DNA from: Syntrophorhabdaceae bacterium | GTDB taxonomy: Bacteria > Desulfobacterota > Syntrophorhabdia > Syntrophorhabdales > Syntrophorhabdaceae | Direction: 5' to 3' | Length of the DNA stretch: 64,000 nt | Assembly (NCBI GenBank): GCA_963665295.1 | Contig: OY762209.1 | Location: forward strand, 4,608,001-4,672,000 | Part shown: piece by piece, positions 55,777-64,000 of the stretch | How positions within the stretch are numbered: the stretch's first letter is position 1 | Layout of the letters: each line of letters begins with the position of its first letter | Notes under the pieces: generated by a model | What the model saw: the letters and a program-made list of their open reading frames with translations, nothing else | Databases searched by the model: none | Told to the model about the DNA's origin: nothing | Position numbers and translations under genes: made by a program

Positions 55777-57163
55777 GAAGGAAAAGCCCTTTATCGACCG
55801 GGATAAGCTCTATGGCCTTATCGAAGGAAGGGCGCCCACGGAAAGCGAACTCGACTCGATCCTCAACAAGTCCCTCGATTTCAAGGGGCTGAACCTGGGT
55901 GAAGTTGCCTCTCTCCTGAGGGCACGGGATCCCCTGCAGATCCACAGGATCATGGAAGCGGCGCGGATCGTGAAGGAGCATATCTACGGCAGGCGCCTCG
56001 TCTTCTTTGCCCCCATCTACACGGGCAACGTCTGCGTGAACAACTGCCTTTACTGCGCATTCCGGAGCGACAACAAAACCCTCACCCGCAAGGTCCTTTC
56101 CATGCCCGAGATTGCCCGCGAGGTATCAAGCCTCCTGAAAGAGGGACACAAGAGAATATTGCTTATCTGCGGCGAGTCGGCGAGAAACAGCACCGATTAT
56201 ATGGTTGAGGCCATCCGCACTACATACGGCGTGAAGGAAGGGAGTAATTACGTGCGGAGGATCAACGTCGAGCTCGCCCCCATGCCGGTCGATGACTTCA
56301 GGAAACTCAGGGACGAAAAGATAGGCACCTATGTCTGCTTCCAGGAGACCTACGACCCGGTTCTCTACAAAAAGTATCATCCCGCCGGCACCCCGAAGTC
56401 GGATTACGAAAACAGGGTTACCGTCTTTGACAGGGCCATGGAAGCGGGGATCAGCGATGTGGGGCTTGGCGTATTGTTCGGTCTCGCGGACTACCGTTTC
56501 GAGATACTCGCCCTGATGGAACACGCCCGCCATCTCGAGGAAGTCTTCGGATGCGGCCCCCATACCATAAGCTTTCCCCGCATCGAACCCGCCGACAACG
56601 CGCCCCTGACGCAGGATATCCCTCATAGGGTAAGTGATGATGATTTCAAGAAGATTATCGCCATCATCAGGATTGCCCTCCCTTATACAGGCATCATCCT
56701 GAGTACGAGGGAGGGTGAGGAAACCCGTACGGAGCTGTTCAATTACGGGGTAAGTCAGATATCGGCCGGTTCACGCACAAACCCCGGCGCTTATTCACAG
56801 GAAGATGCTCAAACGGGCAGCCAGTTCTCTTTAGGAGACCACCGGACCCTCGATGAGGTGATCTCAAGCATCATCGATAAGGAGTATATTCCCTCCTTTT
56901 GCACCGGGTGTTACCGGAAGGGGAGGATCGGCAACGATTTCATGGACCTTGCAAAGCCGGGTCTCATAAAAGAGTTCTGCATGCCCAACGCGGTATTCAC
57001 GTTCAAGGAATATCTCCTGGACTTCGCGTCTCCCGCCACAAAGGAAAAAGGCCTCGCCCTCGTGAACAGGATACTCTCCGGCATCGAGAAGGAGCCTCTG
57101 AGGAAGAAAATGGCGGATACCCTGCACGAGATCGAAGAGGGTAAAAGGGACTTGTACTTCTAA
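55763..57163 (+). CDS. hydG: [FeFe]-hydrogenase H-cluster radical SAM maturase HydG
   Basis: CVNNCLYC radical SAM motif, FQETY, GPHTISFPR, C-terminal CTGC-x22-C auxiliary cluster motif (distinguishes it from ThiH). Confidence 0.92.
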   Translation: MTENKKEKPFIDRDKLYGLIEGRAPTESELDSILNKSLDFKGLNLGEVASLLRARDPLQIHRIMEAARIVKEHIYGRRLVFFAPIYTGNVCVNNCLYCAFRSDNKTLTRKVLSMPEIAREVSSLLKEGHKRILLICGESARNSTDYMVEAIRTTYGVKEGSNYVRRINVELAPMPVDDFRKLRDEKIGTYVCFQETYDPVLYKKYHPAGTPKSDYENRVTVFDRAMEAGISDVGLGVLFGLADYRFEILALMEHARHLEEVFGCGPHTISFPRIEPADNAPLTQDIPHRVSDDDFKKIIAIIRIALPYTGIILSTREGEETRTELFNYGVSQISAGSRTNPGAYSQEDAQTGSQFSLGDHRTLDEVISSIIDKEYIPSFCTGCYRKGRIGNDFMDLAKPGLIKEFCMPNAVFTFKEYLLDFASPATKEKGLALVNRILSGIEKEPLRKKMADTLHEIEEGKRDLYF

Positions 57164-57176
57164 GGAACGCACCTTC

Positions 57177-58778
57177 TCAGCCCCCGGAAGCGCCGGTCTT
57201 CCCATCGGTAGGCACGACGTCCGCCTGGGGAGGGCGCACGCCCTGCGGGCGCTTCTCCGCGATATCTGCCGCTGTAGGCAGGGACGATGTGGTCCATCCG
57301 CCTCCCAGGGCCTGGACGAGACCCACGCTCGCGGTCATTCGCCGACCCGCGATGATGACCGCCGTTGTCTCCGCGCTGAATGCGCTCGCTTCCGCCACGA
57401 CCACGTTGAGGTAGTTCACGAGACCCCACTTATACTGGGTCAGGGCAAAATCCACGGACTGACGGGCCACTTTCACCGCGTCGTCCTGGGCTTTTGCCTC
57501 TTCTTCAAGGATACGCAGCGCCGCGAGGTTGTCTTCCACCTGTTGAAACGCGGTAAGTACGGTCTGACGGTACGATGCCACGCTTTGATCGTACGCGGCC
57601 CGCGCCTGATCGTTAAGAGCGGCCGTCGCGCCACCGTCAAATATGGTCTGAGCCATGGCCGACCCTACGGACCACAACCTGCTCGACGGAGAGAAGAGGG
57701 TCGAATAATCCGTGCTTTGATAGCCCGATGAACCCGACAGGGTAATGGTCGGGAAATATGCCGCTTTTGCAATCCCGATCTGGGCGTTCGCCGCGACAAC
57801 GCTCCGCTCCGCCGACGCAATATCGGGCCTCCTCTCAAGGAGCGTTGACGGTACCCCCGCGGGCACGTCAGGAGGCGTCACGTCAAGAGGTGAAAAGGGT
57901 ATGGAAAAATCCGAGGCCGGTTTACCCACGAGGAGCGCGCATGCGTGCTCCGTCTGGGCGCGCGACACGCGGATGTCAATCGCCTTTGCTTCCGTGATCT
58001 TGAGCTGGGTTTCCGCCAGAAGCATGTCACCCTTCGCGATGACACCGCTTTCATACTGGTTTCTTGTCAGTTCGAGGGACTTCCTGTAGGCGGTTACCGT
58101 CTTGTCAAGAAGCTCCTGTTGCCGGTCCAGAGCGCGAAGGACGAAATAGTTCTGGGCCAGAGCAGCCTGCATGCTGAGGCGCACCCCTTCGAGGTCCGCC
58201 GCGCTCGCCTGGGCACCCGCCCTGCTCGCCTCCACCGTGCGGCGTATCCTCCCCCACACGTCCATCTCCCACGATGATATATTGAGGGGCGCCGAGTAGA
58301 CAGTGGTAGTGCCGGGCGGTGTGCTGCCGGTAACCACATTGCCCGACCTCAAGGCTCGCGTGACCCCGGGGTTAGCGGTGATGGTCGGGAAAAACGCCGC
58401 TCTCGCCGATTGGACGAGGGCGGCCGCCTGGCGGAACTGCGCTTCGGCGATAGCCACATTCTGGTTTGAGATGCTCACCTGTTCTTCCAGGGCGTTTAAC
58501 CGGGGGTCCCCGTATATCTCCCACCAGGAACCTCGAAAAACATCATCCTTCGGTTCCGCTATCTTCCACCCTTTGTCTTCCTTGTATGCCTTCGGGACGG
58601 GGGCATCCGGCTTCACGTAATCAGGACCGATCGCACAGGCGCCGACCATGACGAGAAGGGCCGCCCCAACCGCCAATGCTACGGGATAAAAAGAAGACCT
58701 CCGACCCGCGCATACGCCCATCCGCGCCATCATCCTTCTCTCGCTCCATATATGTATCCAGTGCAACATCTTGTTCAC
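57177..58778 (-). CDS. RND efflux outer membrane factor lipoprotein (NodT family)
   Basis: Lipobox VGAC-AIGPDY, WW..YGDP.L, WEMDVWGR, LLERRPDI..AE, ALGGGW; true start may be up to 20 codons downstream. Confidence 0.9.
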   Translation of the reverse strand: MNKMLHWIHIWSERRMMARMGVCAGRRSSFYPVALAVGAALLVMVGACAIGPDYVKPDAPVPKAYKEDKGWKIAEPKDDVFRGSWWEIYGDPRLNALEEQVSISNQNVAIAEAQFRQAAALVQSARAAFFPTITANPGVTRALRSGNVVTGSTPPGTTTVYSAPLNISSWEMDVWGRIRRTVEASRAGAQASAADLEGVRLSMQAALAQNYFVLRALDRQQELLDKTVTAYRKSLELTRNQYESGVIAKGDMLLAETQLKITEAKAIDIRVSRAQTEHACALLVGKPASDFSIPFSPLDVTPPDVPAGVPSTLLERRPDIASAERSVVAANAQIGIAKAAYFPTITLSGSSGYQSTDYSTLFSPSSRLWSVGSAMAQTIFDGGATAALNDQARAAYDQSVASYRQTVLTAFQQVEDNLAALRILEEEAKAQDDAVKVARQSVDFALTQYKWGLVNYLNVVVAEASAFSAETTAVIIAGRRMTASVGLVQALGGGWTTSSLPTAADIAEKRPQGVRPPQADVVPTDGKTGASGG

Positions 58779-58787
58779 CTCTGTATA

Positions 58788-61700
58788 TCAGTGGTCTATA
58801 GGGACCCTGGCCATATCGGGACCGGGCTGCTTCCCGTTTATTCCTCGTTTCTTTTTGATCCAGAACCTGAAACGATCAAGGTAAAGATACATTACCGGCG
58901 TGGTGTAGAGGGTAAGCATCTGGCTGATCGCCAACCCTCCGACAATGGTGATACCGAGGGGCCGACGAAGCTCCGACCCTACGCCAGTGCCCAGGGCAAG
59001 GGGGAGAGCGCCCAGGAGGGCCGCCATGGTGGTCATCATGATGGGACGGAACCGGAGAAGACAGGCCTCATAGATCGCCTCTTCAGGGCCCTTCCCCTCA
59101 GTACGCTCCGCCTCCAGGGCGAAGTCCACCATCATGATCCCGTTCTTCTTCACGAGCCCGATGAGAAGGAAGATCCCGATGAGGGCAATAAGACTCAGTT
59201 CCGTACGGCAGATCAGGAGGGCAAGCATGGCCCCCACTCCCGCGGAAGGCAGGGTTGACAGGATGGTGATGGGGTGGATGTAGCTCTCGTAGAGCATGCC
59301 GAGCACGATATAGACCGTCACCAGGGCCGCAAGTATCAGGAACGGTTGGTTGGCCGCCGAATCCTTGAACGCCTGGGCGGTACCCGCAAAACTGGTCCTA
59401 ATATTGCCGGGGAACCCCATTTCCCGCTGCGCTTTTTCCACCGCATCCACCGCGTTGCCGAGGGGCACCCGGGGGGCCAGATTAAAAGAAACCGTCACCG
59501 AAGGAAACTGGCTCTGGTGGGGAACGGCAAGGGAAGTCGCGGTTCTTTCGAACCGGGTGAAGGCGCTGAGGGGCGTCATTGAACCTGACGACGACCTCAC
59601 GTAGATATCCTTGAGTGAATCGGGACTCTGCCAGAAACTCGGCTCGACCCCCATTACCACGTGGTACTGGTTCAAAAGGGTGTAGGTAATGGAAACCTGG
59701 CGCTGGCCGAAGGCATCGTACAGGATATTGTCGATGGCCGCTGCGGATACGCCGAGCCGGGAGGCGGTGTCACGGTCTATTGCGAGGGTTGCTTCGAGCC
59801 CTTTCACCTGCTGGTCGCTGCTTACGTCCACGAGTTCGGGTAAGGTGCGCATCTTCTGGACTATGCGGGGTCCCCATACATTGAGGTCCTTCACATCCGT
59901 TGCCTGGAGCGTAAACTGATACAGGGCGTTCCCCATCCTCCCCCCGATACGCAGGTCCTGTACAGGCTGAAGGTAGGTCGGCGCCCCCGGTAATAGGGAA
60001 AGCTTTTTCCGAAGTCTCGCGATAACCTCGCCCGCCGTGGCCTTGCGCTCGTCGAAGGGTTTGAGGGAGATGAACATGTTTGCCGTATTCGCGGCGCTGC
60101 CTCCACCTCCGCCTCCGCCGGTAAAACCCGCCACGTACTCCACCTCGGGTTCGCCTTTGATGATGTCCACCACAGTGGCCAACTTCGCGCTCATGGCCTG
60201 GAAAGAGATGTCCTGCTCCGCCTGAATATTGCCTCTGATGCGTCCCGTGTCGGACTCGGGGAAGAAGCCCTTCGGGACCACGAAGAAGAGGGCGATATTG
60301 ACCACCACCGTGAGCACGGTAATACCGAGCATGAAGCGTGAGTGCCGAAGAGCCCACCTGAGGGTCACATCATAAAAGTCCCGCACCCGGTTAAAGAGCC
60401 CTTCGCTCGCCCTGTAGAGCCAGTGGTGGGTGTGCCGGCTCTCGGGTTGAAGAAGATATGCGCACATCATGGGCGTGGTGGTCAACGAGACAAAAAGGGA
60501 AACCAGTATGGCTGCGGAGAGGGTCACGGCAAACTCGCGAAATAACCGGCCCACCATGCCTCCCATCAGGAGGATGGGGATGAAGACCGCCACGAGGGAA
60601 AAACTCATGGACATAACCGTGAAGGCGATCTCCCTCGACCCTCTCAGGGCAGCCTGCATCGGGGCCATGCCCTTCTCCATGTGACGCGTAATATTTTCGA
60701 GCACAACGATGGCGTCATCGACCACAAAACCCGTGGCTATAGTGAGGGCCATGAGGGAGAGGTTATCAAGATTGTAGTCACAAAGGTACATGACCCCGAA
60801 GGTACCTACCAGCGATACCCCTACCGCGACCGCAGGAATGACGGTGGAACGGACATGTCTCAGAAAACCGAAAACCACGAGGATGACGAGGATCGCCGAA
60901 ACGAGCAGGGCTTTCTCCACGTCCTTCAGGGAGCCCCGGATGGGTGGTGTCCGGTCCTGGACGATCGACACTTGAACGCTGCCGGGCAATGAGGCCGCGA
61001 TCTGGGGGAGAAGCTCGCGGACACGGTCCACCGTCTCTATAATATTGGCCCCGGGCTGACGGAAGATGATCACCATAACCGAAGGCTTGCCGTTCACGAG
61101 CCCCAGGGTGCGCACATCCTCCACGGAATCCTCCACACGGGCCACATCCTCGAGACGCACCGCTGAGCCCGCCCTGTAGGCGAGGATTACGGAAGAACGG
61201 TATTGAGATGCCCGCCGCATCTGGTCGTTTGCCCGGACCTCCCAGGTCCTTGTGTCATCCGACACCTGACCCTTGGGCCGGTTTACGCTCGTGGCCGCAA
61301 GCACGCCGCGCACGTCTTCCAGGCTGATCCTGTATTTGTTCAGCGCCGTAGGGTTCACGTCCACACGAACCGCGGGAAGAGAGCCGCCTCCCACAAACAC
61401 CTGGCCTACGCCTTTCAACTGGGACAACTTCTGCTGCATAATGCTCGATGCGGCGTCATACAACTGCTGCCTGTTTATGATATCCGAGGTGAGGGCGACG
61501 ATCAGGACGGGCGCGTCGGCCGGGTTTACCTTCCGGTACGTGGGGTTATTGGGCAGGTTCGGCGGCAGGTATCCCCGGGCCGCGTTGATCGCTGCCTGTA
61601 CGTCCCTGGCTGCGCCGTCGATGTTCCTGTCGAGGTCGAATTGCATGGTGATGTTCGTGGTGCCCCGGAAACTGGTGGAGGTCATCTCCGTCACGCCCGC

Positions 61701-61922
61701 GATACGTCCGAACTGGCGCTCAAGAGGCGCTGCAACCGATGTGGCCATGGTCTCGGGGTCCGCTCCCGGAAGGCCCGCCGTCACCTGGATCGTAGGAAAG
61801 TCTACCTGGGGCAAGGGCGCTACGGGGAGCAGTTGAAAAGAGATGATTCCCGACAGGACTATCCCCAGGGTGATGAGGGTGGTCGCGACGGGCCTGTGAA
61901 TGAAAAGGGACGAAATGTTCAT
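58788..61922 (-). CDS. mdtC: RND efflux permease, MdtC-like
   Basis: [51 protein letters not shown]. Confidence 0.88.
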   Translation of the reverse strand: MNISSLFIHRPVATTLITLGIVLSGIISFQLLPVAPLPQVDFPTIQVTAGLPGADPETMATSVAAPLERQFGRIAGVTEMTSTSFRGTTNITMQFDLDRNIDGAARDVQAAINAARGYLPPNLPNNPTYRKVNPADAPVLIVALTSDIINRQQLYDAASSIMQQKLSQLKGVGQVFVGGGSLPAVRVDVNPTALNKYRISLEDVRGVLAATSVNRPKGQVSDDTRTWEVRANDQMRRASQYRSSVILAYRAGSAVRLEDVARVEDSVEDVRTLGLVNGKPSVMVIIFRQPGANIIETVDRVRELLPQIAASLPGSVQVSIVQDRTPPIRGSLKDVEKALLVSAILVILVVFGFLRHVRSTVIPAVAVGVSLVGTFGVMYLCDYNLDNLSLMALTIATGFVVDDAIVVLENITRHMEKGMAPMQAALRGSREIAFTVMSMSFSLVAVFIPILLMGGMVGRLFREFAVTLSAAILVSLFVSLTTTPMMCAYLLQPESRHTHHWLYRASEGLFNRVRDFYDVTLRWALRHSRFMLGITVLTVVVNIALFFVVPKGFFPESDTGRIRGNIQAEQDISFQAMSAKLATVVDIIKGEPEVEYVAGFTGGGGGGGSAANTANMFISLKPFDERKATAGEVIARLRKKLSLLPGAPTYLQPVQDLRIGGRMGNALYQFTLQATDVKDLNVWGPRIVQKMRTLPELVDVSSDQQVKGLEATLAIDRDTASRLGVSAAAIDNILYDAFGQRQVSITYTLLNQYHVVMGVEPSFWQSPDSLKDIYVRSSSGSMTPLSAFTRFERTATSLAVPHQSQFPSVTVSFNLAPRVPLGNAVDAVEKAQREMGFPGNIRTSFAGTAQAFKDSAANQPFLILAALVTVYIVLGMLYESYIHPITILSTLPSAGVGAMLALLICRTELSLIALIGIFLLIGLVKKNGIMMVDFALEAERTEGKGPEEAIYEACLLRFRPIMMTTMAALLGALPLALGTGVGSELRRPLGITIVGGLAISQMLTLYTTPVMYLYLDRFRFWIKKKRGINGKQPGPDMARVPIDH

Positions 61923-64000
61923 GGCCGGCTAAGGTCCTGACCCGGTTCAGCGCCCGTCTTCCTTGAGCGGTATGAACGTACGCGCTTTGCGAGGCGGTCG
62001 AAGGCAAGATAGATAACAGGCGTCGTATAGAGGGTCAGCAGTTGGCTGATGATCAATCCGCCCACAATGGTAATGCCCAGGGGCCGACGAAGCTCCGACC
62101 CCACACCCGTGCCCAGGGCAAGCGGGAGGGCGCCCAGGAGGGCCGCCATGGTGGTCATCATGATGGGGCGGAACCGGAGGAGCGAGGCCTGATAGATCGC
62201 GTCCCGGGGGCTTTTCCCTTCTTTACGTTCGGCTTCCAGCGCAAAATCGACCATCATAATACCGTTCTTCTTCACAATGCCTATGAGGAGGATAATCCCG
62301 ATAAGTGCAATAACGCTGAACTCCGATCCGCACATGAGGAGCGCGAGGATCGCCCCCACTCCCGCGGAAGGCAGGGTGGACAGGATAGTAATGGGGTGAA
62401 TGTAGCTTTCATACAGAATTCCAAGCACTATATAGACCGTCATGAGGGCCGCGAGGATCAGGACGGGTTCGTTCGCGAGGGAGACCCTGAAGGCCTGAGC
62501 GGTCCCCTGAAAGCTTCCCCTGATACTGGCGGGGAAATCCATCTTCTTCTCGGCCGACTCTATGGCCGTCACCGCGTCCCCGAGGGCCGCCCCCGGCGCG
62601 AGGTTGAAGGAGATCGTTCCGGCGGGAAACTGCCCCTGCCTGCTTATGACGAGGGGTCCCGTGGTTTCGGTGGTCCGCGTAAAGGCCGTGAGGGGCGTCT
62701 GCCCGCCCTGTATGCCGCTCAGGTATATGGATTGGAGCGCCTCCGGCCCCCTCTGAAATTCGGGTTTTACCGCGAGGATGACCCGGTACTGGTTCAACTG
62801 TGTAAAGATGGTGGAAACCTGCCGCTGACCGAAGGCATCGTAAAGGGCTTCGTCAATCATCTGGGGCGTTACGCCAAGGCGCGAGGCGGTATTGCGGTCG
62901 AACACCATGGACAATTGCAGTCCCTTGTCTTGCTGATCGCTGCTTACATCCCGCAGTTCCGGGTCCTTCTTGAGCGCATCGACCAGTTTGGGTGTCAGGC
63001 TGTTCAATTCATCGAGGTCAGGGTCTTCAAGGGTATACTGGTACTGGGTGCGTGTCACCCTCGCGTCGACCGTGAGATCCTGCACCGGCTGCATGAAAAG
63101 CGTAATTCCTTCGACTCCGGCCAGTTCGGGCTGAAGGCGGCGGATCACGTCGGAGGCGCTCAATTTCCTCTTCGACAGAGGCTTAAGGTTGATGAGTATC
63201 CGCCCGCTGTTAAGGGTCACGTTGGTACCGTCGATACCAATGAAGGACGAGAGGCTTTCCACGGCAGGGTCTTTCAGGATCACTTTGGCCAGGGCCTGCT
63301 GACGGTCCACCATGGCCTTGAAGGAAATCGACTGGGGCGCTTCGGATATCCCCTGGATGACCCCGGTGTCCTGAATAGGGAAGAACCCCTTGGGCACGAA
63401 GTAGAAAAGCAGAATTGTGAGGGCCAGGGTTCCGACGGCGACCCAGAGGGTCGGCTTCTGGTGTTCGAGCACCCACGTGAGGGTCCTCGCGTACAGGTCG
63501 ATAGCCCGGTCAAAAACCCTCTGGGACGACCGGTAAAACCTTCCCTGTTCCTTCTCCGGCTCGTGCTTGAGCAGTTTCGCGCACATCATAGGTGTAAGCG
63601 TAAGGGATACGACCGCGGAGATGACTATGGTGATACCGAGGGTAATGGCAAATTCCCGGAACAACCGCCCTACCACGTCCCCCATGAACAAAAGAGGGAT
63701 GAGCACTGCGATGAGGGAGACGGTGAGAGACAGGATCGTGAAACCGATCTGTTTCGATCCTTTTAGCGCCGCCTGGAGAGGGTGGTCCCCTGCCTCTATA
63801 TATCTCGCCACATTTTCGATCATAACAATGGCGTCGTCCACCACAAAACCGGTGGAAATGGTGAGGGCCATGAGGGAGAGGTTGTTGAGGCTGAAACCCA
63901 GCAGGTACATGGCGCCGAAAGTCCCGACGAGAGACAGGGGCACCGCCACGCTGGGGATTATGGTCGCCGCCGCGCTGCGCAGAAAGAGGAACATGACAAG
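61919..64000 (-). CDS. mdtB: RND efflux permease, MdtB-like (5' end beyond the window)
   Basis: [42 protein letters not shown] open to the window edge, directly upstream of the MdtC-like paralog. Confidence 0.85.
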   Translation of the reverse strand, partial: LVMFLFLRSAAATIIPSVAVPLSLVGTFGAMYLLGFSLNNLSLMALTISTGFVVDDAIVMIENVARYIEAGDHPLQAALKGSKQIGFTILSLTVSLIAVLIPLLFMGDVVGRLFREFAITLGITIVISAVVSLTLTPMMCAKLLKHEPEKEQGRFYRSSQRVFDRAIDLYARTLTWVLEHQKPTLWVAVGTLALTILLFYFVPKGFFPIQDTGVIQGISEAPQSISFKAMVDRQQALAKVILKDPAVESLSSFIGIDGTNVTLNSGRILINLKPLSKRKLSASDVIRRLQPELAGVEGITLFMQPVQDLTVDARVTRTQYQYTLEDPDLDELNSLTPKLVDALKKDPELRDVSSDQQDKGLQLSMVFDRNTASRLGVTPQMIDEALYDAFGQRQVSTIFTQLNQYRVILAVKPEFQRGPEALQSIYLSGIQGGQTPLTAFTRTTETTGPLVISRQGQFPAGTISFNLAPGAALGDAVTAIESAEKKMDFPASIRGSFQGTAQAFRVSLANEPVLILAALMTVYIVLGILYESYIHPITILSTLPSAGVGAILALLMCGSEFSVIALIGIILLIGIVKKNGIMMVDFALEAERKEGKSPRDAIYQASLLRFRPIMMTTMAALLGALPLALGTGVGSELRRPLGITIVGGLIISQLLTLYTTPVIYLAFDRLAKRVRSYRSRKTGAEPGQDLSRP

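Noticed and set aside
55763..57163. ThiH or a NosL-like tryptophan lyase linked to the divergent trp operon
   Set aside because: C-terminal Cx2Cx22C motif and TM1266-like partner indicate HydG; adjacency to trp looks incidental.
58880..62420. Near-identical nucleotide stretches at about 58880-59290 and 62020-62420
   Set aside because: Paralogous C-terminal TM regions of the MdtB- and MdtC-like genes, not a mobile repeat.
1..64000. CRISPR arrays, tRNA/rRNA genes, integrases, selenocysteine read-through
   Set aside because: No spaced repeats, cloverleafs, recombinase motifs or TGA-interrupted conserved domains seen by eye; covariance-model searches were not run.

Overview
Gene-dense, GC-rich bacterial chromosomal window. 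Gene content (HydG, 2-oxoacid:ferredoxin oxidoreductase, multi-PAS/LuxR regulator, TRAP plus acyl-CoA enzymes, rplM-rpsI-argC) suggests an anaerobic Desulfobacterota-type organism; this is inference only. Left to right: (1) a GalT-like gene and a periplasmic flavocytochrome c fumarate reductase with seven CXXCH motifs; (2) small accessory genes (sigma54-driven EF-hand protein, zinc-ribbon mini-protein, GYF-CAP protein, Cys-rich secreted protein); (3) a 13.6-kb operon interleaving alternative complex III genes (actB-C-D-F-A ... actE) with an atypical cbb3-type oxidase (ccoN, di-heme ccoO, ccoS, a heme-less CcoP-like stub) and copper-assembly genes; (4) regulators and an acyl-CoA dehydrogenase/TRAP/CoA-ligase cluster; (5) korAB, queD-folE2-yqeC, ribosomal/ffh/trmD genes, larBC; (6) a complete trpEGDCFBA operon behind a Trp-Trp-Trp leader peptide and a two-terminator attenuator; (7) a TM1266-like gene plus hydG; (8) an MdtBC-type RND efflux system running off the right end. 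The strongest signals are the rearranged ACIII-cbb3 operon with altered heme ligands, the heptaheme fumarate reductase, the domino-style and apparently leaderless trp attenuator, and three conserved genes that appear to start at CTG, CTG and ATA. I saw no rRNA, tRNA or CRISPR array. All calls come from reading motifs by eye; no database search was run.
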